Assembly (NCBI GenBank): GCA_963677435.1
Contig: OY781945.1
Location: forward strand, 544,001 to 608,000
Source of the DNA: an uncultured Aliarcobacter sp.
GTDB lineage: Bacteria > Campylobacterota > Campylobacteria > Campylobacterales > Arcobacteraceae
Direction of reading: 5' to 3'
Length of the DNA stretch: 64,000 nucleotides
Shown piece by piece: positions 1 to 10,122 of the stretch. How positions within the stretch are numbered: the first letter of the stretch is position 1; every line of letters starts with the position of its first letter. The translations under genes and the position numbers were made by a program. Under the pieces are notes generated by a model. The model did no database searches and was not told the origin of the DNA. It saw nothing but the letters and a program-made list of their open reading frames with translations.

Positions 1-2
1 CT

Positions 3-875
3 ACAAGATTACCAAAAGCAAATAAAGTTGTTAGAGATTTCTTTGGAAAAGATTTAAATAAAGGTGTAAACCCTGATGAAGTAGTTGCTGCGGGAGCTGC
101 TGTTCAAGCTGGAGTTTTAAAAGGTGATGTTAAAGATGTATTATTACTAGATGTTACTCCTTTATCTTTAGGAATTGAAACTTTAGGTGGAGTTATGACT
201 AAATTAATTGAAAAAGGAACTACAATTCCTGTTAAAAAATCTCAAGTATTTAGTACGGCTGAAGATAATCAACCAGCAGTTTCTATTCATGTTTCTCAAG
301 GGGAAAGAGAATTTGCAAGAGATAACAAATCTTTAGGTATGTTTGAACTTTCAGATATCCCAGCAGCTCCAAGAGGTGTTCCACAAATTGAAGTAACATT
401 TGATATTGATGCAAATGGTGTTTTAAATGTAAGTGCTAAAGATAAAGGAACTGGTAAAGAGAATAAAATTACTATTTCTGGTTCATCTGGATTAAGTGAT
501 GCAGAAATTGAAAAAATGGTTCAAGAAGCAGAAGCAAATAAAGAGACTGATGCTAAGAAAAAAGCTGTAATTGAAGTAAGAAATCAAGCGGATGCTTTAT
601 TACACTCAACAAGAAAAACTTTAGAAGAAAATGAGAGTGCAGTTAGCGAAGAAGAGAAAAAAGCTATCATTGATGCAGCAGCTGATTTAGAAGAAGTTTT
701 AAAAGATGATAATGCTTCAAAAGAACAAATTGAAGAAAAATTAAAATCTTTAACAGAAAAATCTCATAAATTAGCAGAAGCTATGTACAAAAAAGAGGGT
801 GGTGAAGCTGGTGCTCAACCAAATCAAAAAGCAAAAAAAGATGACGATGATGTTATCGACGCTGAAGTAGAGTAA
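3..875 (+). CDS. dnaK: Chaperone DnaK (Hsp70), 5'-truncated by the window edge
   Basis: Frame is open from nt 3 (TRLPK...[17 protein letters not shown]...[14 protein letters not shown]), then [17 protein letters not shown] and C-terminal DAEVE. Confidence 0.98.
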   Translation, partial: TRLPKANKVVRDFFGKDLNKGVNPDEVVAAGAAVQAGVLKGDVKDVLLLDVTPLSLGIETLGGVMTKLIEKGTTIPVKKSQVFSTAEDNQPAVSIHVSQGEREFARDNKSLGMFELSDIPAAPRGVPQIEVTFDIDANGVLNVSAKDKGTGKENKITISGSSGLSDAEIEKMVQEAEANKETDAKKKAVIEVRNQADALLHSTRKTLEENESAVSEEEKKAIIDAAADLEEVLKDDNASKEQIEEKLKSLTEKSHKLAEAMYKKEGGEAGAQPNQKAKKDDDDVIDAEVE

Positions 876-886
876 ATCTCTGCTTC

Positions 887-1186
887 ATGCAAACTCTTTT
901 CTTAATTTTAATACTTTTTTTAATCTCTATATTTTCAGTACTTCTATATTTTAAAACTAATAAAAACAGACTTGATTTATTAAGTAGTGGCGAATGCCCA
1001 GCTTGTAAACAAAAAACAAAAACATTTTTTGATAAAAATACTAATACAACTTTTACAAGTGAAATAATATCAAGTAGAGTTTTGAAAAACCATGGTTGTT
1101 CAGGTGTAACTGAAGTAGAATTCACTTGCAAAAGTTGTGGATTAAAAGAAATTCACCAAGTTCCAAATAGTGGGTGTTCTTTTTAA
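887..1186 (+). CDS. Small membrane-anchored Cys-rich (Zn-ribbon-like) hypothetical protein
   Basis: N-terminal hydrophobic helix; CPAC, HGC and CKSC motifs; starts 11 nt after the dnaK stop. Confidence 0.7.
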   Translation: MQTLFLILILFLISIFSVLLYFKTNKNRLDLLSSGECPACKQKTKTFFDKNTNTTFTSEIISSRVLKNHGCSGVTEVEFTCKSCGLKEIHQVPNSGCSF

Positions 1187-1261
1187 AAAATATTTATAAA
1201 GTTTTGCTTTATTATTGCTATAAAGTTTCGATATACTTAGTAAAAATATTAGGTATAAAAG

Positions 1262-3229
1262 ATGAATGATTTTATAAAAGTAGTAAACTTAGAAGAGAAC
1301 GATATTAGTGCAGATATAATTAACAACTTGTATTTTCAAGATAATGCTCCAAAGTTAGTTTTGGGATTTATCTCACCTCATATAAATTTTGAATCCATTT
1401 CAAAGAAAATAAAATCTTTACTTCCCCCTTCAACAAAATTAGTTCTAACAACTACTGCTGGTGAATTATGTACTTTTAACTTTGATAAAAAAAGAGATTA
1501 CTTATATAATGATGCAAGTACAACTTGGAAAAATATTGTATTGCAAAGTTTTAGTGATGAGATTATTGATAAAGTTGAAATATTAACAGTTCCTTTATTT
1601 AGTGAAAATATTACAAGCCAAAATATTACTCATAAAGAAAGAATTAAAAAAATCAGTGATGAAATTTCAAAATTACATATTCCCTTTAAAATAAATCATG
1701 ACCATACTTTTGCTTTGACTTTTGTAGATGGTTTATCAAATAGTGAAAGTTTTTTTACAGAAGCTGTATATAAAAGTGGGAAACTTCCATGTTTATTAAT
1801 TGGTGGTTCTGCTGGTGGAAAATTAGATTTTAAAGAGACTTATATCTTTAATAATACAGAAGCAGTTAGACATAAAGCTGTAATTACTTTAGTTAAATTA
1901 AAAGAAAATATCAGATATGGAGTTTTTAAATCACAAAGTTGTGATGAAACAAATGTTTCATTTTTAGTTGCTCAATCAAATATGTTAAATAGAAGTGTTC
2001 AAAGTGTTTTAAATCCAAGAGATAACAAAATTATCAATTTTGTGGATGCATTATGTAAAACATTTAAATGTGATTTAGAAGATTTACCAGCTGCACTTTC
2101 TGAATATAGTTTTGCTATTAAACTAGATGATGAATTATATATAAGATCAGTTTCAAACCTAGATATTGCAAATAAAAATATTTCATTTTTTTGTGATATA
2201 TCTTTTGGTGATATTTTATATCTAGTAAAAAATAAAGAGTTTGTAAGCCAAACTGATAGAGATTTTGCAACATATTCTTCAACAAAAAAAGAAAAACCAA
2301 TTGGTGCTATATTTAATGATTGTATATTAAGAAGATTGTTTAACTCAAAAAATCTTAATTCATTAAAAACTTTTAATGATATTCCATTAGCTGGATGTTC
2401 AACTTTTGGAGAGCTTTTAGGTTTAAATATCAACCAAACATTAACCGCACTTTTTTTCTATAAAGTAGAAGAAAATAGTGATTTTTATGATGATTTTGCA
2501 GATAATTTTGTTGATAAATATGCTTCTTATCATTCATATTATAAACAAAGAGAAATTCATCAATATCAACTTCTATCAAAGGTTAGAACAGAATTATTAG
2601 AAAATCTAAAAGAAACTTTTCCTTTAATTCAAGATATGGTAAAAATCCTCAATTTTGTATATGAAAATACAACAGAAGATAACAAAGTGATTGATAAGGT
2701 GCTAGAAAATTTTGTAATGTTTACAAAAGATATTACTCACAATGTTGAACAAAATAATAATCTTGTAGCTGATATGGATGTTTTAACTTCAAATGCTGCT
2801 GATATTAAAAAAGTATTATCTTCAATCTCAGGAATTGCAATACAAACAAATCTTTTAGCTTTAAATGCTGCAATTGAAGCTTCTCGAGCAGGTGAATATG
2901 GAAATGGATTTGCAGTAGTTGCGGATGAAGTAAAAAAACTTGCTAAAAAAACACAAATAAGTTTAACTGAAACAAATGCTTCTGTAAATATTGCAATAAA
3001 AGGAATAAAAAGTGTTTCAGAAGTGATAAATAGTTCAAGTGACAAATTATCAAAAGTTTCACTAAATATGAATGATATAAATGAATCGTTTTTGAAAATA
3101 CACTCAAGTTCTAAGCAAAGTAATAGTTTTATTGCTGGTAAAAAAAGTAATTTTGATAAGTTGATTAATAGTATAAGTTTAATTGAAGATATTCAAAAAG
3201 AACTTGGAAAATTAGAGAAACCTATTTAA
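1262..3229 (+). CDS. Soluble FIST (NosP-like) domain methyl-accepting chemotaxis protein
   Basis: FIST motifs TTAGE, GGSAG, DCILR, STFGE; MCP hairpin [37 protein letters not shown]; no obvious TM segment. Confidence 0.88.
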   Translation: MNDFIKVVNLEENDISADIINNLYFQDNAPKLVLGFISPHINFESISKKIKSLLPPSTKLVLTTTAGELCTFNFDKKRDYLYNDASTTWKNIVLQSFSDEIIDKVEILTVPLFSENITSQNITHKERIKKISDEISKLHIPFKINHDHTFALTFVDGLSNSESFFTEAVYKSGKLPCLLIGGSAGGKLDFKETYIFNNTEAVRHKAVITLVKLKENIRYGVFKSQSCDETNVSFLVAQSNMLNRSVQSVLNPRDNKIINFVDALCKTFKCDLEDLPAALSEYSFAIKLDDELYIRSVSNLDIANKNISFFCDISFGDILYLVKNKEFVSQTDRDFATYSSTKKEKPIGAIFNDCILRRLFNSKNLNSLKTFNDIPLAGCSTFGELLGLNINQTLTALFFYKVEENSDFYDDFADNFVDKYASYHSYYKQREIHQYQLLSKVRTELLENLKETFPLIQDMVKILNFVYENTTEDNKVIDKVLENFVMFTKDITHNVEQNNNLVADMDVLTSNAADIKKVLSSISGIAIQTNLLALNAAIEASRAGEYGNGFAVVADEVKKLAKKTQISLTETNASVNIAIKGIKSVSEVINSSSDKLSKVSLNMNDINESFLKIHSSSKQSNSFIAGKKSNFDKLINSISLIEDIQKELGKLEKPI

Positions 3230-3240
3230 TAAATAGGTTT
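3218..3240. terminator. Probable bidirectional intrinsic terminator
   Basis: Perfect inverted repeat AAACCTATTT-aat-AAATAGGTTT between convergent genes. Confidence 0.55.
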
Positions 3241-3250
3241 CAATTTTTAT

Positions 3251-3490
3251 TTACATACAACAACCATTTCCACAACAGTTATCACGGGCTCCTGTATAGA
3301 ATGAAATTACAAAATTATTGAACATCTCTTGAAGTTCAAATTCATGTTTTTTACAAAAATCCTTATTCATAATATTTTTCATCTCTATTGCTTTTGTTAA
3401 TGCTTCGTCTTTTGATTCAAAAGTTAAATTATTTTCTAAATTACTATTTTTAAAACATCCACATTGATTTGCTACAACTATTTTATACAT
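3251..3490 (-). CDS. Small Cys/His-rich hypothetical protein (CxC...FCxxHEF), paralog of 50417..50617
   Basis: AAGGA RBS; CGC and FCKKHEF motifs; C-terminal CCGNGCC. Confidence 0.75.
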   Translation of the reverse strand: MYKIVVANQCGCFKNSNLENNLTFESKDEALTKAIEMKNIMNKDFCKKHEFELQEMFNNFVISFYTGARDNCCGNGCCM

Positions 3491-3609
3491 AAAAAAATCC
3501 TTAAAAATTTGATAAATTAATAGTGCAAGGTTAGCTAAATTTCTATTAAAGCAATTTAAGAAGTAAAAATAGATAAAATAAGAAGATAATTGATTAAAAA
3601 AGGAAAATA

Positions 3610-4416
3610 ATGCACATTACAAATCTTATCTCTTTGAATTTTGGAAAATTCGCTAAAAAGGAGTTTCCATCATTAATTCAAAAATTCATAAATGCATCTT
3701 ATGTAAAACTTATGGGTTTAAATATGAGCGAATTCAAAAATGCAAGATATTATAAATCTTTAAATGATTTATTTACAAGAGAATTGATTATTACAAGAGA
3801 AATTGATAAAAGTAAAGATGTAATTATATCTCCAACTGATAGTTTAATCACACAATGTGGACAAATAAAAGAAGATATTGCTTTACAAATAAAAGGAATG
3901 GAATATAGTGTTGAAGAGTTATTAACATATTATTGTACTTCAAACTTTGAAAAGGTAAAAAATGGCTCTTTTATGAATTTTTATTTATCTCCAAAAGATT
4001 ATCATAGATACCATGCTCCTTGCGATTTTAATTTATTAAAACTAGTTCATGTTCCTGGAAAACTTTATCCTGTTAATTTAAAGTATCTAAATAAAGAGTT
4101 AGAACTTTTTGTACAAAACGAAAGAGTAATTTTAGAGTGCGAAACTAATGGAAAAATATTTTATATGGTATTTGTTGGGGCTTTAAATGTTGGACAAATG
4201 GTATTTGAATTTGAAGATAGAGTTGAAACAAATATTGATGCTAAAGAGATGAAAGTTTACACTTATGAAAATATTGAAATAACTAAAGGTGAATGTTTAG
4301 GTTATTTCAAAATGGGTTCAACAGTTGTTATGCTTTGGGAAGATTCTATGGTAGAACTAGAAGATTTACTAAATAAAGATGTGAGATTTGGACAAAAAAT
4401 AGCAAGAGCATTATAA
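3610..4416 (+). CDS. psd: Phosphatidylserine decarboxylase proenzyme
   Basis: YLSPKDYHRYHAP, NERV, VGALNVG and the self-cleavage motif FKMGST. Confidence 0.95.
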   Translation: MHITNLISLNFGKFAKKEFPSLIQKFINASYVKLMGLNMSEFKNARYYKSLNDLFTRELIITREIDKSKDVIISPTDSLITQCGQIKEDIALQIKGMEYSVEELLTYYCTSNFEKVKNGSFMNFYLSPKDYHRYHAPCDFNLLKLVHVPGKLYPVNLKYLNKELELFVQNERVILECETNGKIFYMVFVGALNVGQMVFEFEDRVETNIDAKEMKVYTYENIEITKGECLGYFKMGSTVVMLWEDSMVELEDLLNKDVRFGQKIARAL

Positions 4417-4440
4417 TTTAATTTTAAAAGTTGGATAATT

Positions 4441-6486
4441 ATGAATAATAAAATATTTCTAAAAATCGGTTGGTTATTTATTATAAGTTTATTAGTCTAT
4501 CTATTTTTTGTTGTATTTTTTTTATCACCAAAAGTAAATAATTATCTAACTCAAACTGAAATAGAGAATTCAAAAACACAATTTAATAAAATTGTTTCTA
4601 TTATAAATAATAAATCAAAAAGTATTGAAAATAAAGCAGAATTAGAAAAAGAAATTGAATTATTAATAACTAGTTTTACTTTAGGAAAAACAGGTTATAT
4701 TTATTTGATTGATAATTCTGGAAAAATAATTTTTGACCCAAGCGGTGAGTTTCAAAATAAAGATCTATTAACTACAATTTTGCCTCAAAATGGTAAAAAA
4801 CTTTTTAATGAAATCAAAGATAGTTATAACAAAAGAGAAGTACTTGAATATGACTGGAACAAAATCTATGACCCTTACAATTATAAATATAAAAAAATAT
4901 CTTGGATAGAATATAATAAAAACTTAGATTGTTATATTGTTTCATCTGTATATAAAGAAGATTTTTCTTCATATGTTCAAGGTATTAATTCATTAATATT
5001 AAATATCTCAATGCTCTTATTTGGTGTGTTAGCAATAATTGGAGTATTTATTACAATAAAAGTTATTGCTCCAATAAATAAAATGTTCTCAGAAGTAAAA
5101 AAAGCTAATATTGATTCTAATAGTTTTGAGAATGGAGTTAAAACAAAAGATGAAATAGGTTTTTTAGCTACACAATTTAATACTTTACTTGATCAAGTTG
5201 AAACAAATAGAGTACATTTTGAAGAACAAGTTCAAGTAAAAACTCAAGAGATTCAAAATAGATTGTATTATGATGATTTAACAAGTTTAAAAAATAGACT
5301 GGCTTTAGAAGATGATATAAAAGATAATGAATTTGTATCTGTTGCATTAATTGATATTGATGCTTTTGATGATATTAATGAACTTTATGGTTTTTCAACT
5401 GGAAATTTAGTTTTAATTGAAGTTGCAAAAATACTAAGTGAATTTTCATCAAAATATAGTGTTTCTGCATATAGAATATATGGAAATGTATACTGCTTAG
5501 CAGATAAAAAGATGATGGGATTTTCTAAATATAATGATTTTATTACAGAATTAGAAACACTTTTTAAAAATAAACCTATTTATATTGAACAACTAGATAT
5601 TGATATTTTCATAAACATAACTTTAGGTATATCAATTGCCCAAGAAGAACCTATAAAAACTGCAGGAATTGCTCTTAAAAAAGCCAAAAAAAGTAATATG
5701 CCTTTTTTTGTTTATAATAATGATATTGATACAAAAGAGATTATAAAAAAATCTATTTATTGGAGAGAGAAATTAAAAAGAGCAATAGAAGAGAGCAAAG
5801 TTACACCATTTTATCAAGCAATTTTTGATAGAAATAAAAATATTGTTAAATATGAAACTTTAATGAGAATAGAAGATACTAATGAAAAAGGTGAAACTAC
5901 TTATATTAGTCCATATTTATTTTTGGATATTTCAGTTAAAACAAAACAGTATTTACAACTATCAAATCAAGTAATCTCAAAAGCTTTAAATGATTTAATA
6001 AAAACAGATAAACAAATCTCTATAAATTTAAGTTTTAAAGATATATTAGATAGTGAATTTATAGTTTCACTAGATAAAAATTTAGATAAACTTGAAAATA
6101 TTCATAAACAAAGATTAGTATTTGAAATATTAGAGAGTGATTACATTTCTGATTATACTTTACTTGAAGATTTTATAACTAAATACAGAAATCAAGGTAT
6201 AAAAATTGCCATTGATGATTTTGGAACAGGTTATTCAAATTTTGCACATATTTTAAAAATTAGACCAAATTATATAAAAATTGATGGTTCTTTAATTAAA
6301 AATATTAATACAGATAAAAACTCTTATGAAATGGTAAAATCAGTTGTTGATTTTTCAAAAGCTTTAAATATAACAACTATTGCAGAGTTTGTGCATTCAT
6401 CTGAGGTATTTGAATCGCTTTTAGAATTAGGTATCAATGAATTTCAGGGATTTTATTTAGCTGAACCTAAAACTAATATTTTCTGA
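4441..6486 (+). CDS. Membrane sensor with Cache/HAMP, degenerate GGDEF and EAL domains (likely c-di-GMP phosphodiesterase)
   Basis: Two TM segments; HAMP DEIGFLA; GGDEF position reads YGNVY; EAL motifs ETLMR, DDFGTGYS, KIDGS, AEFV, QGFY. Confidence 0.88.
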   Translation: MNNKIFLKIGWLFIISLLVYLFFVVFFLSPKVNNYLTQTEIENSKTQFNKIVSIINNKSKSIENKAELEKEIELLITSFTLGKTGYIYLIDNSGKIIFDPSGEFQNKDLLTTILPQNGKKLFNEIKDSYNKREVLEYDWNKIYDPYNYKYKKISWIEYNKNLDCYIVSSVYKEDFSSYVQGINSLILNISMLLFGVLAIIGVFITIKVIAPINKMFSEVKKANIDSNSFENGVKTKDEIGFLATQFNTLLDQVETNRVHFEEQVQVKTQEIQNRLYYDDLTSLKNRLALEDDIKDNEFVSVALIDIDAFDDINELYGFSTGNLVLIEVAKILSEFSSKYSVSAYRIYGNVYCLADKKMMGFSKYNDFITELETLFKNKPIYIEQLDIDIFINITLGISIAQEEPIKTAGIALKKAKKSNMPFFVYNNDIDTKEIIKKSIYWREKLKRAIEESKVTPFYQAIFDRNKNIVKYETLMRIEDTNEKGETTYISPYLFLDISVKTKQYLQLSNQVISKALNDLIKTDKQISINLSFKDILDSEFIVSLDKNLDKLENIHKQRLVFEILESDYISDYTLLEDFITKYRNQGIKIAIDDFGTGYSNFAHILKIRPNYIKIDGSLIKNINTDKNSYEMVKSVVDFSKALNITTIAEFVHSSEVFESLLELGINEFQGFYLAEPKTNIF

Positions 6487-6538
6487 TTTTAATTAAACAA
6501 AAGTTTATTGTTGTAAAATATAACAAAAAGGATTTAAT

Positions 6539-6763
6539 ATGTCAACTATTACAGAATTAGGTACATTAGCACTTGCTGGCACTAAAAAAGGAAAAATTTC
6601 TATTTCAAATGTAACTGAGCCTTATGGAAAAGATACTCCTGATATCGTAAGTATTGGTATATCTTTAAATGGGCAAGATGTTCAATGGAAATCTCACCTT
6701 CCTTATGAAAATTTAGAGGATGTAATTGCAATATTACAAAAAGCTTTAGATAGCAAAAAATAG
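6539..6763 (+). CDS. Small hypothetical protein
   Basis: 74-aa ORF with AAGGA RBS and globular-looking composition. Confidence 0.65.
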   Translation: MSTITELGTLALAGTKKGKISISNVTEPYGKDTPDIVSIGISLNGQDVQWKSHLPYENLEDVIAILQKALDSKK

Positions 6764-6820
6764 ATTTCGTAATTTTATGTAATCATTTTGTGATATAATA
6801 CCCTTTTTAAGAGGTTTATT

Positions 6821-7243
6821 ATGTCACAAAAAAGAGTTATAGGAAGAAGAGAAATAATATCTATTCTAGATTTAGAACTGTTCGAATTAGATGCAAAAGT
6901 TGATACTGGAGCAGATTCTAATTCTCTACATTGCGATGATATTTTTATAGATGATGAGAATTTTGTACACTTCACATTATTAGATGAAATTCATCCTGCT
7001 TACCATGGTAAAAAAATGAAAATCCCCCTTTTTAAACTCAAAAGAGTAAAAAGTTCTAATGGAACTGTACAATTAAGAGCTTCAATAAAAGTGGATATAT
7101 TATTTTTTGGTAAAAAATACAAAACTATAGTTTCCCTAACTAATCGATCAGATATGAAATATCCAATGTTAATTGGAAGAAAATTTTTAACAGATCGTTT
7201 TTTAGTTGATGTTTCACAAGAATATCTTACAAAAGCCAAATAG
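6821..7243 (+). CDS. RimK-associated retropepsin-like protease (RimB / 'putative ATP-dependent zinc protease' family)
   Basis: IGRRE, AKVDTGA, VKSSNG, SLTNRSDMKYPMLIGRKFL motifs; immediately upstream of rimK. Confidence 0.88.
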   Translation: MSQKRVIGRREIISILDLELFELDAKVDTGADSNSLHCDDIFIDDENFVHFTLLDEIHPAYHGKKMKIPLFKLKRVKSSNGTVQLRASIKVDILFFGKKYKTIVSLTNRSDMKYPMLIGRKFLTDRFLVDVSQEYLTKAK

Positions 7244-7254
7244 AAGAGGTCAAA

Positions 7255-8187
7255 ATGAGAATTTATATATTATCAAGAAATAAAGATTTATATTCAACTA
7301 AAAGATTAGTTGAAGAAGGAAAAAACAAAGGCTGGGAAGTTAGAGTAATTGATTATTTAAAATGTACAATAGAGATTATGAAAAATGAGTTAGTTGTAAA
7401 TTATGAAGGGAAAGTATTACCCACTCCTGATGCAATAATTCCAAGAATTGGAGCAAGTAGAACATTTTATGGTGCTGCAATGGTAAGGCATTTTGAGATG
7501 TTAGAAGTATTTAGTACAACAGGAAATTTAGCACTTACAAGAAGTAGAGATAAATTAAGAAGTTTACAAGTTCTATCAAGAAACGGTGTTGATATGCCAA
7601 GAACAGTTTTTGCTTCAAATAAATCAAATGCAAAAGATGTAATTGCCCTAAGTGGTGGAGCACCATTAGTTCTAAAAATACTTGAAGGAACTCAAGGTGT
7701 TGGAGTTGTTTTAGTTGATAGTGAAAAAGCTGCTAAATCAGTTCTTGATGCTTTTTATGGAATGGATGTAAATTTACTTGTACAAGAGTATATAGAAGAA
7801 GCAGGTGGAGCTGACATTAGAGCTTTTGTTGTAAACAATGAAGTTGTTGGTGCAATGAAAAGACAAGGTGCTGAGGGAGATTTCAGATCAAACTTACATC
7901 AAGGTGGAAGTGCAGTTGCATATAAACTTAATAGAAAAGAAAAAGCTACTGCAATTGCTGCTGCTAAAGCTATGGGACTTGGAGTTTGTGGAGTTGATAT
8001 GATTCCTTCAAAAAGAGGACCTCTTGTAATGGAAGTGAATTCATCACCTGGATTAGAAGGAATTGAAAAATCTACAAATATAAATATTGCAGAAAAAATA
8101 ATGAACTTTATAGAGCAAAGTGTGAAACCTACTTGTCCAGTTAATCCACAAAAAAGAAAAATTAAAAAAGATAATATAGGAGCATAG
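7255..8187 (+). CDS. rimK: RimK alpha-L-glutamate ligase (ATP-grasp)
   Basis: LYSTKRL, IIPRIGAS, SRDKLRSLQ, EGTQGVGV, DFRSNLHQGG, EVNSSPGLEGIE. Confidence 0.95.
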   Translation: MRIYILSRNKDLYSTKRLVEEGKNKGWEVRVIDYLKCTIEIMKNELVVNYEGKVLPTPDAIIPRIGASRTFYGAAMVRHFEMLEVFSTTGNLALTRSRDKLRSLQVLSRNGVDMPRTVFASNKSNAKDVIALSGGAPLVLKILEGTQGVGVVLVDSEKAAKSVLDAFYGMDVNLLVQEYIEEAGGADIRAFVVNNEVVGAMKRQGAEGDFRSNLHQGGSAVAYKLNRKEKATAIAAAKAMGLGVCGVDMIPSKRGPLVMEVNSSPGLEGIEKSTNINIAEKIMNFIEQSVKPTCPVNPQKRKIKKDNIGA

Positions 8188-8193
8188 GAAGAA

Positions 8194-9240
8194 ATGCCCT
8201 TAAAATTAATAATTGCTGGAACAGAGATATTAAAAGGAACAAAAACAACTATAAATTTAGAGTTACCAAAGCTTTATAATACTCCTACGAATCTTCCTAT
8301 TAAGATTATAAGAGGGAAAAAAGATGGTCCTGTTGTTTTTGTTAGTGCGGCAATTCATGGGGATGAATTAAATGGTATTGAAATTATAAGAAGATTAAGA
8401 AAATTAAATATTCTTAATAAATTAAAAGGTACATTAATTCTAGTTCCTATTGTAAATGTCTATGGAATAATGAATCTTTCAAGATATTTACCCGATAGAA
8501 GAGATTTAAATAGAAGTTTCCCAGGAAGCATAAAAGGCTCACTTGCAAGTAGGGTCGCACAGATTTTTTTTGATGAAATAGTATGTAAATGTGATTTAGG
8601 AATAGATTTGCATACGGCTTCAATTCATAAATCTAATCTTCCACAAGTACGAACAAATATTGATGATGAATATACTTTTAATTTAGCAAAATCTTTTCAA
8701 GCACCAGTTGTATTACATTCAGAACTTCGAGATGGTTCATTACGCTCAGTTGCTCAAGAAAGTGGGATTCCAATTTTACTTTATGAAGCAGGTGAAGCTT
8801 TACGATTTCATGAATTCTCTATTAGAATTGGAGTAAAAGGTATAATAAATGTTCTTCGAGAAATGGACATGCTTCCAAATGTTGTTAGAAAAAAGAATTT
8901 TAAATCACCAATCGTTACACGATTTAGTACATGGATTCGTTCAAGTGAGAGTGGAATGTTAAGAACGATAAAAGCTTTAGGTGATACTGTTAAAAAAGAT
9001 GAAATTATTGCTTATATTGATGAACCAATGGGTGATGATAGTTTTGAAATAAAAGCTTTATTTGATGGAGTTATTATTGGAAAATCAGAAATACCGCTTG
9101 TTCAAGAAGGTGATGCTATTTTTCATATTGCAAAATTAAAAAATCTTGAGAGTGCAGAAACAAAATTAGAATATTTCAACGAAAATGTAATTGAACAAAG
9201 TGAATTCTATGAGTTATATAATGAAGAGATAATTGAATAA
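8194..9240 (+). CDS. Succinylglutamate desuccinylase/aspartoacylase family (M14-like) metallo-carboxypeptidase
   Basis: HGDELNG Zn motif, RDLNRSFPG, IDLHT, YEAGE; C-terminal hybrid-barrel-like segment. Confidence 0.9.
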   Translation: MPLKLIIAGTEILKGTKTTINLELPKLYNTPTNLPIKIIRGKKDGPVVFVSAAIHGDELNGIEIIRRLRKLNILNKLKGTLILVPIVNVYGIMNLSRYLPDRRDLNRSFPGSIKGSLASRVAQIFFDEIVCKCDLGIDLHTASIHKSNLPQVRTNIDDEYTFNLAKSFQAPVVLHSELRDGSLRSVAQESGIPILLYEAGEALRFHEFSIRIGVKGIINVLREMDMLPNVVRKKNFKSPIVTRFSTWIRSSESGMLRTIKALGDTVKKDEIIAYIDEPMGDDSFEIKALFDGVIIGKSEIPLVQEGDAIFHIAKLKNLESAETKLEYFNENVIEQSEFYELYNEEIIE

Positions 9241-9257
9241 GAAGTTTTGTTTACTTC

Positions 9258-9614
9258 TTATTTATATGGAATAACTTCTCTTAATTCCTGCGCCCATAAA
9301 GCCATACCACCAAATAAATGTGCAGTATTTTTATATCCTTGCTCAATTAAAAAATTTCCGATACTTCTTGTTCTATTTGCATGGGCACAAATTAAAATAA
9401 AAGTTTGCTCCTTTGATGTAACAAGTTTTTCAAACTCTTGCATCCAACTTTCTATATCATAATCTCCAAAATCATCAAAAAATGTAATCAAATGAGAATT
9501 TTTTATAATTCCAGTTCTTCTCCACTCTTCTTCTCTTCTAACATCAATCATTACTATATTATCTTCAATCATTTTTTCAACAATTTTTGGCTGTAAATCT
9601 ACTAATTTATTCAT
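9258..9614 (-). CDS. Single-domain rhodanese-like protein
   Basis: IDVRREEEW..TGII, active loop CAHANRT, LFGGM..W. Confidence 0.88.
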   Translation of the reverse strand: MNKLVDLQPKIVEKMIEDNIVMIDVRREEEWRRTGIIKNSHLITFFDDFGDYDIESWMQEFEKLVTSKEQTFILICAHANRTRSIGNFLIEQGYKNTAHLFGGMALWAQELREVIPYK

Positions 9615-9749
9615 AAAAATCCTTTAATTATAGAATAAATATTAACATAAAACATATAATAAAATCTTATATGAGAAAATCAATGAAAGATTATAAACAA
9701 ACTCTTTACAAATATTAAATATAATAGGAAAAATTAAAAAGGTATATTA

Positions 9750-10118
9750 ATGAAAAAAATAGTTTTAATAATTTTATTAGGTGTAATTAGTCTATTTGCC
9801 TATGAAGAATTAAACATTAATAATTTCGAAGATAAAATAAAAGATAAAAATGTAATTGTAGATTTTTATGCACCTTGGTGTCCTCCTTGTAAAATTCTTG
9901 CGAATAATATAGAAGATTTTGATATTTCAAAACCTGATAATGTTCAAATTTACAAAGTAAATATTGATGATGAGTTAACACTTGCAAAAAAATATGGAGT
10001 TACAAAACTTCCTACTTTAATATATTTTAAAAATGGAAAAGTTGTAAAAAATTATATTGGTGTATTAAGTCCTGAAGAGTTACTTGAAACATCAAAAGAA
10101 AATTTTAAATTAAGATAA
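9750..10118 (+). CDS. Exported thioredoxin-family protein
   Basis: Signal peptide MKKIVLIILLGVISLFA; VDFYAPWCPPCK; cis-Pro LPT. Confidence 0.9.
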   Translation: MKKIVLIILLGVISLFAYEELNINNFEDKIKDKNVIVDFYAPWCPPCKILANNIEDFDISKPDNVQIYKVNIDDELTLAKKYGVTKLPTLIYFKNGKVVKNYIGVLSPEELLETSKENFKLR

Positions 10119-10122
10119 AATC

